Assembly: GCF_009914755.1 (NCBI RefSeq)
Contig: NC_060930.1
Reading direction: 5' to 3' (one strand)
From: the human T2T-CHM13v2.0 reference genome, Homo sapiens
DNA length: 64,000 bases
The notes under the pieces are model-generated. The model was not told the DNA's origin. It saw nothing but the letters and a program-made list of their open reading frames with translations, and searched no databases. This document shows positions 1 through 13,990 of this stretch, in pieces. A program made the translations under genes and the position numbers. Position 1 is the stretch's first letter, and the number at the start of each line of letters is the position of its first letter.

Positions 1-2268
1 TATTATATGCACCCATTAAATACCTTTATGCAAAAATTGGTGAAAAAGTACTTTTTAGAAACAGAGGACTTTACCTTACTCATTTTGAATATTGTAAACA
101 ATATGACAGTATTATCTTCAGTCATTCTATGCCTTTATCTTTATTACTGTTATCTTTGCCTTCTTTTTTTCATTTACACAGTGTCTGTAGTTGGCTTTAT
201 TAAATTTTAAACTGCCAGATGATAGGACTGTGGCTTTTTGAACTGGACCTTAATAGGCCTGACTTTGACAGGCAGAAAAATAAAGCACTCCTGACAGAGA
301 GAAGTAAAAGGCCATGAGGAGGTGTGGCTGCACGGGTGTGTTTGGGAAGCAGAGAGCAATGTTGTGTGCTGGTGAAGAGAGTTCAGTGAGCAGAGAGAGA
401 ATCCCGGACAATGTCAGTTGGGGCTGGGTCCTGGGGCACCTTGGATGCTGGGTGAAGGAGTTTGGGCTTATCTTTGTTGCTGAGAAGCCATTTTGAAGGG
501 AGGACTAACATCAACAAAGGTGAAATGTGACAGATTTCAAGCTGAATGGCAGGCAGAATGGCAGTCCCAATGTCAGAAACATGAAGGTCAAGAGGAGTGG
601 ACTGCAGAAGAGCTTGGGGAACTGGGCAGCATGTTTGATTCTACCATATTGATTTTGAGCTGCCAACAGGGCAGTAGGCAGCACTTAGCTCTCACTTGGA
701 AGCATGAGATGGATTGCTAGGAAAAAAGATTTGGTTTTGGAATTCTAAGATCTGAAGGCTCCAGAAAGGAAAGCTAAGGACATAGTCTGAGATAGAAAAG
801 GGTTGAGGAGCCAACTTCAAGGCTCCTTTTTACAGAAAAAAATGAAGAGGCAAAGAAGCAGTGGCAGAAGGCACAGGTCTAGGAAGGATGGGGTGGAGAG
901 GAGGTACAGAAAGGCACCTGCGGATTTCATGGCTGGAGATCTCAGGTGACTTTGGAGAGAGAGGCTTTAAAGGAGTGATGAGAAACAAGGCGGCTGGCTG
1001 AGGAATGACGACAGTGAGGAGGTGAAGACAGCAACACCAAACAACTTGACTGTGAGGGCAGCAAGTGAGTAGATGCAAGCGGTGAAGGCTGTTTGTGCTT
1101 TTCAGGACATGAACTCTTGTGCTCGCACAAACAGTTCCACACCAGCCTGCCACCTTCTTCAGCGAGACTCATGAGCGACATCCATGATGCCCATTTATTA
1201 CTTCCCACTCCTATGACTTTTTTATTTCGTCTCTGCTGGGAAATGCCTGCAGGAAACACCCAGTGACGTGACACGTTTTTAGTAACTTTGTGGTGACATC
1301 ACTGTCTTCTCTGCTTACTGCAGCTTTCTGTTCACCAAATGCCCTTGCTGACCCCTCACACACACAGTCCTTTGACCTTGATTTCACCAGGAAATTCTCA
1401 GGCTGGAAAGAACTTTCAGTTGTCTTCACCATCCCCTGACTTCTACCTGTACATCTCCAAAATCTCCTCAAAAAAGATTAAAAAAAAAAAATCTGAAGTG
1501 GGAAAGATTTAGTGAAACACACACTTTTCAGCTAATAGCACATCCTGATCTTTAGTTCACAAATCTCTTCTCGTTTTGTTTTCTATTTTATCATTCACCC
1601 TCCAACTGCCCCCCGAACCATGGGCAGCCATTTAAAGCATTTGTTGTTATTTTTGCTTCTCTTATAGGTCATCAAAAACCTGAAAGCAAAATTTTTTTAG
1701 AAACTCAAATCATTCTTTAACTCCATAGCTTCAAGGACACAGCGACACATCCAGATGCTGATTTAAGATTGAGAGAGAAGGCACTGCCTACCTGGGCTAT
1801 GAGTTTGCACCTAGTAAAGGGCTCTATCTTGTCACTCATCCCAGTGAGGACCAGGCAGCAGAGGTAGCAGAGGGTTGCCATTTCCTCTTTAAGGCAATTC
1901 CCTCCAGACTGGCTCCATGTGTTACTGTAAAATAGTAAGAAGTGCTAGAAGACTGTCATATAACTTTTGTATGTTGAGAGAAAGCACCCTGAAGTCAAGT
2001 AGAAATGGTTCTGTTGCTATCTATTATTTTTTCTGTACTTCTAAGACTGTAAAAAAATTACCCATTACTATTTCCCCCCATCATTATCCAATAAATAAAC
2101 TCTCAAGTCCCTTACTCCAACCATGATGCTCTAAAAGCATTTCTTTTTAGGCAGAATTTTACATTAGTTGCATTCTGGGATCAGGCCCCCTACCGTGTTC
2201 CATTGACTCCTCCCAGTGGGTGCCCCCCTCACTCCCAGTCTGACAAGCAGGTGTGTCTGTCTCTTTAG

Positions 2269-2364
2269 GAACGACTCAATCGCCGGAGCAGGAAGCTCAG
2301 AAAGGACATTGCAGAACTTCAGCGGCTCAAGGCTCAGCAGGAGAAGAAACTGCAGGCTCTGCAG
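2269..2364 (+). CDS. TRIM40: TRIM40 internal coding exon, 96 bp (coiled-coil start, ERLNRRSRKL...LQALQ)
   Basis: ctctttag|GAA...CAG|gtgggt; 96-bp phase-0 exon, same size as in the three other TRIM genes here; RING/B-box exon lies upstream of the window. Confidence 0.92.
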
Positions 2365-2582
2365 GTGGGTTTTTCGGGTTCCTGGGAAGGACTCCCTGGA
2401 GTGTTCTCAGGAGCCCTTACTTAACTATTCTGGACATCTGTCTGTCCCTGGAACAGCCTGATGTGGGCAGATGGTCGTGGAGGCTGAAAACCCGGGTGTT
2501 GGCCTTGGCGTCAAAGTTTGCTGGTTGAGTGACCTACGCAAGTTAAGCCCTCTGATCTTTATGTGACTTACATGTTAAATGA

Positions 2583-2985
<403 letters not shown>

Positions 2986-3259
2986 GCCATAGGCCTCCAT
3001 TTCTGTCTCTGACAGTCTACCTTTCTATTCCTCTTGGTCACATGGCATCTGTAGATATTCAGAGAGTGAGGTGGAAAGGTGAGGTGTCCCTGCCTTTATG
3101 AGAATCAAAGCTGCTTCTGCTATACCTGTGACACACAGAGGCAACACCATGAGGGCAAGAGGACTGAGGAATCAGCATTCCTGCTCAGACATTCAGAGAC
3201 TGTGAAGGGCCAGGAGGGAGCCACCTGACACTGAGTCTTAGGGAGCCCCTTTCCTGTAG

Positions 3260-3484
3260 TTTCAGGTAGACCACGGGAACCACAGGCTGGAGGCTGGGCC
3301 GGAGAGCCAGCACCAAACCAGGGAACAGCTGGGTGCCCTCCCTCAGCAGTGGCTGGGCCAGCTGGAGCACATGCCAGCAGAAGCGGCCAGAATCCTTGAC
3401 ATCTCCAGGGCAGTAACACAGCTCAGAAGCCTGGTCATTGATCTGGAAAGGACGGCCAAGGAATTAGACACCAACACACTGAAG
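3260..3484 (+). CDS. TRIM40: TRIM40 coiled-coil exon, 225 bp (FQVDHGNHRL...DTNTLK)
   Basis: ttcctgtag|TTT...AAG|gtgcat; in frame with ORF 3371..3598; counterpart of the paralogs' 231-bp exon. Confidence 0.92.
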
Positions 3485-3794
3485 GTGCATACCCTGAGGC
3501 CTTCCCCAAGGGCTGGGATTCTCCCCGATAGGAGGCAGCCCATCTGCATCACCCTTCTGGGAGGTGTAAGAGGGAGGGGCCTGTGTGATATGTGGTGACT
3601 TGTGGTAGATGTGGCTTGTTCCAGGCTACAGAGTGCTGCTGCAGCAGAATGGGCACAGAAGAGGGGTGTTGCTATGTTCCCCCAGTTCTCAAGGTGGCAC
3701 CCCAGAGTGGCCTCCAAGAGTGAATTGGGAAAGGAATTTGGAGGTGATAGGAACCTGAGAACCAATTATGATTCTCACTTTTTCTCTCTCCTAG

Positions 3795-3817
3795 AATGCT
3801 GGTGACTTACTGAACAG
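3795..3817 (+). CDS. TRIM40: TRIM40 23-bp micro-exon (NAGDLLNR)
   Basis: tttctctctcctag|AATGCTGGTGACTTACTGAACAG|gtacga; same 23-bp size as in paralogs. Confidence 0.9.
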
Positions 3818-3999
3818 GTACGAGCTGTCCCTTCTTCTTTCCCACATGTGCATATAAACCCACACAACACAGACATGCACAGAGGTCAAGGAGACCCACT
3901 GCTCCGTTAGCTTTTGTATCTTGATGCTACATGGCCAATGGAAGAGCCAATGGAATATATGAATACATATTAATCTATGAAAGATTTCTTTGTTTCTAG

Positions 4000-4087
4000 G
4001 AGTGCTCCACAGAAATTAGAGGTTATTTATCCCCAGTTGGAGAAAGGAGTCAGTGAATTGCTTCTTCAGCCCCCTCAGAAGCTCTGA
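4000..4087 (+). CDS. TRIM40: TRIM40 terminal coding exon (SAPQKLEVIYPQ...PQKL*); no B30.2 domain
   Basis: ttgtttctag|G AGT...CTC TGA; phase matches the 23-bp exon; stop at 4085-4087. Confidence 0.9.
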
Positions 4088-4542
4088 CCTGTTCATCCCT
4101 GGGACACCTCACTTCAGGCTCACCTCAGCCTCCTCTCTCTCCTTCCTCCAACCTGTCCAGGCCCCCACTGGGTCTACCCAGTGCATCTTCGGGCCTGCCA
4201 GCTCCTGAACATGTCACCATTTCTTCATGTCCACAGTCATCACCTGATGCCTGACCCTCTGACTCTTGGACGATAGCCAGCCTCCTTCCAGGACAGGCTC
4301 ATGCTTGGGGCTGCCACTGTGGAGGTCGGGGCCCATGGTCTCCAGGAGCATTTGTGAAATCTCCATTTTGCCTGTAAACTGATGGTAGTGCCCATCTCTC
4401 ACAATCTCATTCAAATAGGATCCTCCAGGCCTCTGAATGGCCCAAGCTCATCAGCAGTGACACCACCTCACATGTGGAGCCCAGCTGAGTTCCTGCAGTA
4501 CTTGTTGTCTGTACCACTCACCTGGCACTTATTTATTATTGT

Positions 4543-5372
<830 letters not shown>

Positions 5373-5904
5373 ATTGTATATTAGTCATTTTTGTATAAGC
5401 CTCACTTCTTTGGGTGAGCAGGGATCATATTCTGTCTGTGTCCTCATGTCTAGAACAGTGTCTGGCTCATAGCTGGTGTCCAGTAAAATTTTAAATGTAT
5501 GTATAAGTGAACTAATAAGAAAGCATAAGGAAGGGCTCTTCTCAATCCTCTGATTAAAAAGAGCCATCAATTACCTTATAATCAGTATTTATTGAGCCTT
5601 TGCCAAAGTAGTCAATACCATACTGAGAGGTATAAGGAATAAAACATGGCCACAATTATAAAACAAGCCACGTGGTGGTGCAAAGAGTGAAAACTACAGG
5701 GTCAGACTTGAGTTTAGGTCTCGGTCCTGACACCTAATGCCTCTGTAACCTTGGGCAAATTACTTAGCCTCTCTGAACCTCTGTACTCCCCCCTCTAAAA
5801 TAAGGGTTATGGTACCTGTGGCCTGGGATTGTTGTCAAAATTAAATACATGCTGAGTGTCTGCTAAAGTGTCTAAAACGTAAACATTCAAATATGTTCAT
5901 TTTA

Positions 5905-6280
5905 TCTTTTTTTTTTTTTTGGTGTATTCTGGCTTTATTGTTATTTTTTTTAAATTATACTTTAAGTTCTAGGGTACATGTGCACAATGTGCAGGTTTGT
6001 TACATATGTATACATGTGCCATGTTGGTGTGCTGCACCCATTAACTTGTCATTTACATTGGGTATTTCTCCTAATGCTATCCCTCCCCCCTCCCCCCACC
6101 CCAAAACAGGCCCTGGTGTGTGATGTTCCCCACCCTGTGTCCAAGTGATCTCATTGTTCAATTCCCACCAATGAGTGAGAACATGCGGTGTTTGGTTTTC
6201 TGTCCTTGCGATAGTTTGCTGAGAATGATGGTTTCCAGCTTCAACCATGTCCCTAAAAAGGACATGAACTCATCCTTTTT
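5905..6280 (-). mobile_element. 5'-truncated L1PA 3' end
   Basis: L1PA 3'UTR consensus (tatactttaagttctagggtacatgtgcac...). Confidence 0.92.
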
Positions 6281-8237
6281 CATTTCATCTTTTTTTAAAA
6301 AAACCACTTCCCCTTTTGAAATGAAATATGGAATGATAAAAAAATTTTAAATAAATTCCACTTCACCATCCAGAAGTTTATAATTTAGCTGTGGAACTAT
6401 GACTAAACAGCTACAGAATAAGAAGAGAGCGTGTAACTGCACTGAATTAGGTATCACAGAGGCTAAGTGCCCTGGGAATTCAGAGGAAAGAAACAGCGAG
6501 CCTGGGAAAGTCAGGGTAGGTTTTGTGGGGGAGGTGGGGATTGGACAAGTGGGAGAGGAAGGTGAGAACATTCTAGGTCACAATAACCACATGAATGAAA
6601 GCATAGAGGTAGGAAAAAGCCACGGTACCTTTGTAGGAGTGTGAGGAAACCAACCTGGTTAGGCTGGAATGTTCAGGAATGGGGAAGACGAGAAGTCAAC
6701 AGGCTAAATGGATGACACCAAGACATAGTGAGGTTTCTGAGTCAGGAATGAAGGGAGAAGTGGTGTTTAATGAAAGCCAGTCTGGATCGTTTGCACAAGA
6801 AGGACTGGGACAGAGAGTTGGGGGCTGGAAGGAGAGGGGAGGAGAAAGAGCCTAGTGCAGATGTTCAGAAAAAAGGTATAGTTATTTGGCAAGAAGCTGC
6901 AGATCTCAGAGAAACATAAGATCCCAAATCTAAGAGCAAGACATTAGCCAAGGAAAGAACACCCCTGAAAGTGACAGCTAGCAATTTCTGCATCCCAGAT
7001 GGAGTTAATGTCACCAAGAGAACTTGTACTAGGAGTAGGAGGAGACTGACAGCCCCCAGGGTCTCTCCTCAGGAGAGAATTCAGTTATACTGAAGATGCC
7101 TTCCAGGCCCCCCTTGGTCCCTTCTGACGTCACCACAGATGATCAGGCCAGGGGTAGGAGTCTGAACAGCAGATAATTGGCCAAACAAGTCTATGAGGTC
7201 ACCTGTCAAGGAAGACCTTATCAAAGAGGGACAATAGTAATTAACTGAAACCATCAGGTCCTCTCGGAGATTCAGAAGGGATCCATGATGAATGTGTCAT
7301 TAGTTGGCAAGAAGAGCAGACACAGAGAGAATCAGAGATGCATGTGCAGCCACGATGTATTGGAACAGGTGTCCATGACCCATGCTGCTGAGAGGCCGCA
7401 GGAATATCCAGTCTTCACGCTTCTTTGGACTTCGAGCCCACTTCTTACCGGTAGGTCCTGGGCATACAACATACCACTGCATAATGGTCATGAGCACAGA
7501 CTCGGGAGCCAAACCACAAGACTTCAAATGCTGGCTCTGCGACTTACTATCAGCTGATTTGAGACCAGCTGCTCGGCCTCCACATGTCTCAGTTCTCTTA
7601 TGTACAAGATGGGCACCTACCTCCTGAGGTTGTTGTGAGGATTAAATGAGTTAATATATACAAATATTTATTATGGTGTTTGGCCAAAATAAGTTCTATG
7701 TGTGTGATTGTTATCAGCATTTTTGGAATCTCTAGTTCTTCCTACAGGAACGAGTGGTGACCCCACCAACTCGCTCACGCCTGACATAGCTTCTCACGGG
7801 GCCTGGCTCATGGTGGAAAATCGCATTTTCCTTATTTCTGCTTTTATAATAAACTTACCTATCATTTGAACTAACTTGAGTGGGTCTCAGTTCTTTGCAA
7901 TAGAAAGGGTTGCTACCATGTAAGCTTTGAAAAATGAGGTGTAAACTGTGGATGTTACAAATGTGCAACAGTCCTTCAGAGTCGGAAAGGGTAGCTGGGA
8001 CTCTGGGGCCTCTAGACTTGAGCACTTCCTGGGGAGGGAACCCAGAGTCCCACTTCCGGCCAGCAGAGCAAGGAGGTTCATTAAGCTGCCTTATCTTGAA
8101 GTTACCAGGTTTTAGGATCTATCCACTTCCCCTGTGCTGACTCCATACTCCGAAAGCAAGTAAACTTCAAGTAAAATTACCCTAGGGGAGAAGCAGGTAC
8201 TGACAGACCAACATGAGTGTTTTCACTTATGAGCAGT

Positions 8238-8243
8238 TTTATT
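8238..8243 (-). terminator. TRIM10: Probable TRIM10 poly(A) signal AATAAA
   Basis: TTTATT on +, about 2 kb past the stop codon; use as the real site is inferred. Confidence 0.5.
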
Positions 8244-9962
8244 TCTCAGTGTAAGACATATAAATTGTTCTCACTGACATATAACTATTAAAAGAAAAAT
8301 AAAATAAAACAATTTAAAAAGAAGAAATATAAATTGTATTTCTGAATCCAAGTCACCTGTGGGGGTGTAGCCAGCATTAAAATAATCGCCAGGACCCATG
8401 CAGGCATCTATCTCTGAATGAGGCAGTGCAGCATAGCAGTTAAGAGCTCTTGGGTCAGACATGGATGAACTGGTTGCATGATCTTGGCTCGTTACCAAGA
8501 TAAAGTGACACAAGGTGTGTAAAGCTCCCGAGCTGCAAGCCAGGATCTTCATACACATACATTTTAGAGGATAATAGTCCTTTCAAAAGACACAGCTAAA
8601 GCCAATAAAAATAAACAAAAATAGGATCTACTTTTCTGGAATCACAGGTTTGGGTGCTTTGGATATGTTTTATCATTATATAGGCACTTGTGTGTGTCTG
8701 TATTTTTTTGAATATACAACATTTTAATGAGATACTGCACACTCCCAGGGAAAGCAATTCAATCTCTAATCCCTGGCTTCTGATCTCCACCTCTTTTCTA
8801 CCTGCTGAGGTAAGGATGAACAACAGAACTTCTCAATTGAATTCTAAGCTTGGGCCTAAGCACGCTGTGCCCTCTGCCTTTGAGTTTGCACCCTGGATGG
8901 CTCCCCTCCTCCCAGGAGACCCAGTAGGGAGATGACAGAGCATTGTAGTTTACACTGAGCAGAGTAAACAGATGATGTTAAGGAGACTGTCAGTGAAGGG
9001 CATGATTATGCAAAATAAAATACAATAGTGACAAGAACAAGAAAATAAAACATGGTCACTATTCCATCCCATTTCTCAGATGTCACTACAGTAGTCTCAA
9101 TTACGGTAGTCTCAATTCTTTAGACTAAAGTTCATAGGTCATCCAACTTATGCCCTGGCCTCCTTCTGGAATTCTTTTACCTAGCAGTTTCTGAGCCCAC
9201 AGCTGAGCTATTTGTGACCCATTTGCTCCCACTATCTCATTTCTTGACCTCAGATGGTAATCAACTGATCAGGAAGACAATTTCCCTAGGGTTGAGTGTG
9301 GTCCCTGGGTTATGATTTATGGCTATACCTTATGTCCTCCTGCCCCCAGGCCCTGCACCTTAATCTCACCCAGAAGTGGCAACACCAGGAGGAAGGAGGC
9401 AGTGAGTGGCGTCGGCTGGGGATGGCACACATCTGCCCATAATGACAATGGAGACAACCCAGTGCTCCAGAGTCACAGGTCATCCAGCCAGTTCTCTGCT
9501 GTTTCCTCTTCTTAAGATGCTTCTTCCCCTCTTTTCCCTATTGACCATAGGCATCCTTTAGACCACCCTTTTCAGAAAGCCATCCCCCACTCACCCTCTC
9601 CTTCCAGGCTGGGCTATGCCCCTTCCCCTGAACTCCCATAATGCTGGGGTTGGACTTCCCGTAACACCCACCACACTGTGCTGTAATTTCCTCTTTATGT
9701 TTCTCTGTCTTCCCAAGAGCTCTTTCAGATATAGAGCAGGTTTTTTTTTTCTCTATATTTTCAAGTCACCAGTGGCCACCACACTGCTTGGTTCATAGTT
9801 AACACAAACTAAATGGTTCTAGAGAATGTGATTACATGAACTCTAACATTATTGGAAGAAAACAAGATGAAAAGAGGTGAGATGCCTTGTTTAAAGTCAT
9901 ACAACTGGTTGACAGGCTGGTTCAAGAACCCAGGTCTTCTGACTTCAAATCCAGTGCCCTTT

Positions 9963-10046
9963 CTATGCAGCTACTTCTGTGCCAAGCACGGATGGTGGTG
10001 AGCAGAACTGGCAGCAGCCTGAGTCCCCAGGTACCCTGGCCATCCA
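9963..10046 (-). CDS. TRIM10: TRIM10 alternative terminal coding segment (WMARVPGDSG...EVAA*), giving a 395-aa SPRY-truncated isoform
   Basis: Internal donor GTG|gtgagt after 10586 joins in frame to acceptor gcccag|TGG at 10046; 368+27 = 395 aa, matching my recollection of a shorter TRIM10 isoform. Confidence 0.7.
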   Translation of the reverse strand, partial: WMARVPGDSGCCQFCSPPSVLGTEVAA

Positions 10047-10243
10047 CTGGGCATTGGGGAAAGGACTTGATCAGTAGATTGAGAGTCCTCTCTTCTATCC
10101 CTTACCACCCGGCCCCATCCCATCTTCTAAAGCAGTCATTTCTATTCCAAGTCATCCAGGTGATTCAGCCAGGGATCAAGTCCACATGGTACTTGGGTTG
10201 ATATGAGTCCTGTACTTAGAGGAGAGTAGGTAACTGCTCCTTC

Positions 10244-10761
10244 TCAGGAGCTCAGGGAGAAACTGGACCCTCGGCCCCAGAGCCCAAAGAAGGGAATGAC
10301 CTTCCTAGTGAAGGAGGCAGTGAAGGTGTAGATGGGCTCTCGGGTGACAGCGTTGGTGAAGGTCACCCAGCCCACCTCATAGTCAAGAGACACCCTCACC
10401 TGCCGGGGCTGCTCCTTCAGGGTCAGCCGTGTGGGGAAGGAGCCCAGAGCCGAGACGAAGCCCCAAGCCAGCCTCACAGCCCACACCCCCTCCTCTGGCC
10501 GCAGCCGAAGCTCCCCCTTCCGCTGCACATCCTCGCTCACCACGCCCACGGTGCAGCTGCCCCCATGGGCCAGGTCTATACTCACCACCCACGTGTGTCT
10601 CCCCCCTGTGATGCCAGTGTGGGCCAGAACACAGGTGGCCCGGTCAAAACGCTGGGGGTTGTCTGGTGAGTTCTGCCATTTGTAGGAGAACTGAGCTCGC
10701 TGGTGGTCCTCGGACAAGAGGAGCTTGGGGTGGGAAGTCTGAGGGTCTAGAGAAATGTGAG
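10244..10761 (-). CDS. TRIM10: TRIM10 terminal exon, PRY-SPRY (B30.2) domain
   Basis: ccacag|CTCACATTTCTCTAGACCCT; LDPQT, RFD, HTWVV, LDYEVG, PFF motifs; exons sum to 1446 nt = 481 aa + stop. Confidence 0.97.
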
Positions 10762-11789
10762 CTGTGGGGATAACCAAAAGGGACAGATGTCAGCAGACAT
10801 GCTATTACCTCCAAGGAAGGCATAGAAACTCCCCCTGGGCCCCTCCTGTTAGTGTTATTATTACCAAAAACATGTATAGTGCCTACGTGGGCCAACAGTG
10901 TGGAACCACCTGGGAACTTGTTAGATATACGCTCTCAGAATCTGCATCCTAACAAGATGCCCAGGTGATTTGCACACAGGTAAAGCCTGAAAAGCCTGCC
11001 TCAGAGGATGTGAAAGCTCTCGTTTAGTTCAGTGTGGTCCTCGGGAAAGCTCTTCTGCTCACCGCAAGTTGGCTGGTTTCCAAAGCTGTGCGTGCCAGCT
11101 TGGATCTCCTGGGGCTGATATACCACATTCTCCCCTCCTCCCATCTCTATCCCACAGTGCAGCGACATTTCTCCCTTCAGTCCAAACTTCATGATTCCTC
11201 CCTGTTTTCCTCCCAGGGCACTGGTGACTCATTTACAGTCTTCCCTCCTGGCAGGCTCTCTGGCTCACCCCTGGGTTATTCACTCTGCCTCAGTAATTCT
11301 GAAACTGTCAGAGTCTGAGGACCACTTTTTACCACCAAAAACTGCTGCAGAGCCTTGCGTTTTGTTACTTTTAGTATTCATAAATTGAGAAGCTTCCATA
11401 AATTTAGGTCCATCTGTGGGTTAGAGAACCCCCTCCAACAACTCCGTGACTCCCAGGGTCTTAGGCTGGTTGATTGAGAAATGACAGCCTTGAAGGGGTC
11501 CATTCTGTTCATTTTTTTCCCACCCACAGGCCGCCCTCCTTCTGTCATCTGTGAAATGACGTCTGAGAGGAAGCAGGGGTTCCTTACGTTCTAAAGAGGT
11601 GATTATAAACCCAGATCAAAGTCCCCTTTATCCAGAAAGCATTCCCAGATGGACTTTATCCCATTCTGCATTAATCTTTCTATCTACTCGACATGCGCAG
11701 ATCAGGATGTGAGCTTCATACCACGAATGTAGTATGTGTATGTGCTTGTCCTTTCTTCATGTTTCTCCTGAGAGCCTTACAAACAATGT

Positions 11790-11880
11790 GACACACACAC
11801 ACACACAACCTATATATACACACATGTATTATATACACACACATATGTGTATATATAATATATATGATGTGTATATGTAT
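11790..11880. repeat. (CA)n/(TA)n simple repeat
   Basis: Visible dinucleotide runs. Confidence 0.85.
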
Positions 11881-12001
11881 CCATGGGTGTTTGTTATGAC
11901 TATTGTCATAGTCATAACATAGTCATAGTGCAAATCCTGCAAAATTTTCTCTCCTTTCCGAGGACTTCTCATTCTCTCCCATCCTGACATAGGCTCCTTA
12001 C

Positions 12002-12034
12002 CTGGCTCATAGTCCAACTCAAAGCATAGTTTTT
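12002..12034 (-). CDS. TRIM10: TRIM10 coding exon 6 (33 bp)
   Basis: ttacag|AAAAACTATGCTTTGAGTTGGACTATGAGCCAG|gtaagg. Confidence 0.93.
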
Positions 12035-12159
12035 CTGTAAAGAAAATAAACCAGGATGAGATTTTATTAGTCTTACAAAACCATCAGACACTTAATGATG
12101 AGAAAACTGAGGCCAAGAAGAGGGAAGGGACAAGAAGAAGAATGTAAGCTGGAATCCTC

Positions 12160-12330
12160 TAGACCAGTGGTTCCAAGCTTGCATCAGAATCATCTGGAGC
12201 TCTTGTTAAAACACATCTGTTTCAGATTCAGGTGCTCTGGGGTGGAGCTGAACATCTGTATTTCTAACAATTTCCTGGGCAATGCAGCTGCTGCTGCTGG
12301 TGGGAGCCCCACTGCCCTAGCCCTGATCAA
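12160..12330. mobile_element. MER5A-like DNA transposon (similar copies near 27740-27940 and 62890-63070)
   Basis: cagtggttc..gcatcagaatca..ctgtatttctaacaa motifs. Confidence 0.6.
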
Positions 12331-13213
12331 ACAGGGACCATGACTGCCTTGCTCACCTCTGTACCCGCAGAGCCCAGGACATAGTAAATGCTCAAGAAAT
12401 ATCTGCTTAGTGAATAGAGAAATGGGTTCATTTATTTATTATTCCACTTGGAAATAATTTTGGGGAGAGTCAAAGGTCAGCCTTTGATTAGAGTGAAATT
12501 TCCTTCACTGACAGGTCACTGGAAGTATTTGCAGGAAATGGAATTATGGGAAAAGTCCTTCTAGGGTGACATAACTGTGGGTGGGTCATTTCAAAATTGG
12601 TGTCATCATTCATTCTGTCATGGTTAGTGAGGAGGTGGTTGGCAGAGAGCCATGTCCCATTCCTGACTCTCATCCAAACCCTCCCCCACACCCTACCACC
12701 ACTCCCTGTTCCGGAAAAGGAAGTGGAGCACAGTCCCCGTAGGACCGTCTAACTCTGAGCCAGACTAACAGAAAGAAAGTGAGAAGGAAGGAGGGACGAG
12801 CCAGATACCACAGGGTCAAGATAAATACTGTTGTTGGCTATTAATTAACAATGTTCATCATCAAAAACTTATCACATATTACAAATGTTGCTGTGGGATT
12901 TTTTAACTTATTAAGAATGATATATTGTTAATCATTATCTTTCATATTGCTTAATGACCACTAATCAGATTTGTTGAATTATTTTAAAATCAGTTTAACT
13001 TTTTCACCAGAAATATTCACCTTTATTCTCTTTCTTCATTGTCACAATATCCTAATAGGCAGATTTTATAAAAATCTGCAAATAAGGAAATCAAGGCACA
13101 GGAAGGAATAAGGCTTGCCAAAGTCACACCTTTCAGCAGTGGAGCGTGGAGGCCACTCCTAAACCCAGGCTTCATGGCCACCTGCGCTCTGTGGAGGCCT
13201 GGGGTTCTCTTAC

Positions 13214-13329
13214 CCAGAAACATCTTCATCTCCCTCTGCAGCGGGAGGGCCTGCTGGGGAAAGTCCCGAATCCTCTGGCCCAGCTCTGGCGACACAGCCA
13301 CCGGTTTCCGGCACTTTCTGGTTTCACAT
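13214..13329 (-). CDS. TRIM10: TRIM10 coding exon 5 (116 bp)
   Basis: ccctag|ATGTGAAACC...TTTCTGG|gtaaga; CETRKCRKPVAVSPELGQRIRDF. Confidence 0.95.
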
Positions 13330-13643
13330 CTAGGGGCACAGAAATGGCTGGGTCTGGGAATTATCATCCTTAATAATGTCTCCAGACTCAGCTGGTCATC
13401 TTCTAATAGGGCATGATGGCGCTAGTTCCTGCAGGCAGACGTACTTCCTCTAGGATGAATCCCACTGCCCATTTTTGGGCATCTATGGATATACCTGAGA
13501 AGGCATTTGGGTATATAGAGGTTTATATGTAAATTTGTATCCTTAAGTGAGAATGTTATATACCTGTGTGGCAATAACTAGGCATGCAGTACATGTATGT
13601 ATATTTATATGGAAAAAGAAAAGAGAGAAACTATATTGCTTAC

Positions 13644-13666
13644 CTTATTAGAGTGCTTCTGATGTC
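13644..13666 (-). CDS. TRIM10: TRIM10 coding exon 4 (23 bp)
   Basis: tcctag|GACATCAGAAGCACTCTAATAAG|gtaagc. Confidence 0.93.
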
Positions 13667-13729
13667 CTAGGAGAAAGAGATACCAGAAATTCAGTTTCCA
13701 GCTTCTCCTTTCCATTTTTCTTTCCTTTC

Positions 13730-13990
13730 TTTTTCTACTTTTATTTTATTTATTTTTTATTTGCTTGTTTGTTTGTTTGAGAAAGGGTCTCACTCTGGTG
13801 CCCAGGCTGGAATACAGTGGCGTGATCATGGCTCACTGCATACTCAACCTCCTGGGCTCAAGGGATCCTCCTACCTCAGCATCTTGAGTAGCTGGGACTA
13901 CAGGTGTTTGTCACCATGCCTGGCTAATTTTCTTTTTTTTTTTTTTTTTTTTTTGTAGAGATGGGGTTTTGTTATGTTGCCCAGGCTCCT
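13730..13990 (-). mobile_element. Partial AluJ
   Basis: Diverged right arm plus part of the left arm. Confidence 0.85.

Noticed and set aside
5400-8200. A displaced intact B30.2 exon for TRIM40 between TRIM40 and TRIM10
   Set aside because: No LDP/WEV/LDYE motifs in the listed ORFs; region is L1, L2/MIR-like and unique non-coding sequence
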